A stretch of 64,000 nucleotides of DNA from Eledone cirrhosa (Eukaryota): positions 252,216,001-252,280,000 of the forward strand of contig OZ024740.1 in assembly GCA_964016885.1 (NCBI GenBank), written 5' to 3'. Every line of letters begins with the position of its first letter. Position 1 is the first letter of the stretch. Shown in pieces: positions 62,807-64,000 of the stretch. Below the pieces are notes generated by a model, which ran no database searches, was not told the DNA's origin, and worked only from the letters and a program-made list of their open reading frames with translations. The position numbers were made by a program, and so were the translations under genes.

Positions 62807-63114
62807 ATGCAGTTAAAATCTATTTGACATTGACAGTTATAATGATTCTTAATGACTATCTTTCTAGCCGTAAAATTTCCGTTGTTACCAACTTACACAG
62901 ACATTGATAACATTTACTTTAAACTTTTTGTTGTCGTTATTGTGTTTAACACACACACACACATATATATATACACACACACACATACGCACACTCACAC
63001 ACACACATATATACATATATATACACACACATACGTACACTCACACACACACACACATACATATATACACACACACACATACGCACACTCACACATACAC
63101 ACACACACACACAC

Positions 63115-63158
<44 letters not shown>

Positions 63159-63178
63159 TTGTGTGCGTCTGTGTATGT

Positions 63179-63255
<77 letters not shown>

Positions 63256-63539
63256 TGCGTGTGTGTGTATGTATCATTGATATCTTACGTCATTTTTTTT
63301 ACACTTATTCATGCTGTTGATATTTTCAAAAGCTTTTCTCTTCCTTATTTTCTTTAATTCATTTTCTTCCGTCTCCAACTGCTGATTCCATTATACATAT
63401 ATGCTGCCTCGATGTTAAGCTTTCTTTCCTGCTATTAACTCAAACACTTATTAAGATTCCACTGCTATTTAAACTAAACTTACAATATTTGCTACAAATA
63501 TCATAAACTTAAGAATTTTTTCTGAAATACACACAATAC

Positions 63540-63725
63540 CAGTAACATTGCAGGGAGGTGGAGTGGGGGGGAATCAATTAAATTGACCACAGTACTTCAT
63601 TGATACCTTTTAAAATTGACCTCAGAAGAATGAAAAGCAAAGTTGACCTCGGTGGAACTTGAAACTAAAATTTCAAGAGCCGAGATATGCTGCAATGTAT
63701 TTCTCCAACGCTCTAACGATTCATC
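63540..63725 (-). mobile_element. Diverged SINE copy
   Basis: gaatgaaaagcaaagttgacctcggtggaacttgaa resembles the family. Confidence 0.6.
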
Positions 63726-63823
63726 AACCTTCATAGACTTAAATAAAGTTCTTAACCAACTACAACAGAACTAGATTCATCTTTATAGTTATGATATATT
63801 TCAACTTCCCATATATATATACA

Positions 63824-63889
<66 letters not shown>

Positions 63890-64000
63890 ACCTAAAATGG
63901 GATATAATAGCAGCTGCCCCACCATATCCCACGGACAGGAATTTTGTAAATTGTGTAATATGGAATTATTTTGTATTATGAAATCCAAAAATATTTTATT

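Overview
Gene-free, repeat-dominated animal DNA; the SINE family and very high microsatellite density suggest a cephalopod such as Octopus (inference). No host protein-coding exon was recognised. The window holds six pieces of Tx1-like (L1-clade) LINEs (three near-complete, one 5' stub, one two-part chimera on the - strand), an R4/Dong-type RLE LINE with an uninterrupted 1130-aa ORF sitting in a (TAA)n tract, Penelope-like GIY-YIG remnants, about six hammerhead-ribozyme motifs, inverted RTE fragments, many tRNA-derived SINEs, a non-autonomous Helitron, MITEs, mini- and microsatellites. The most striking observation is that Tx1-like ORF2 appears to be bracketed by a conserved splice donor at the ORF1 end and an acceptor at the ORF2 stop, so splicing would remove ORF2 and restore a stop codon right after ORF1. 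Also notable are palindromes centred on hammerhead stem II, palindromes centred on (TA)n tracts, and an inverted pair of tRNA-like genes with a GGA anticodon. All calls were made by eye; coordinates are approximate unless given exactly.
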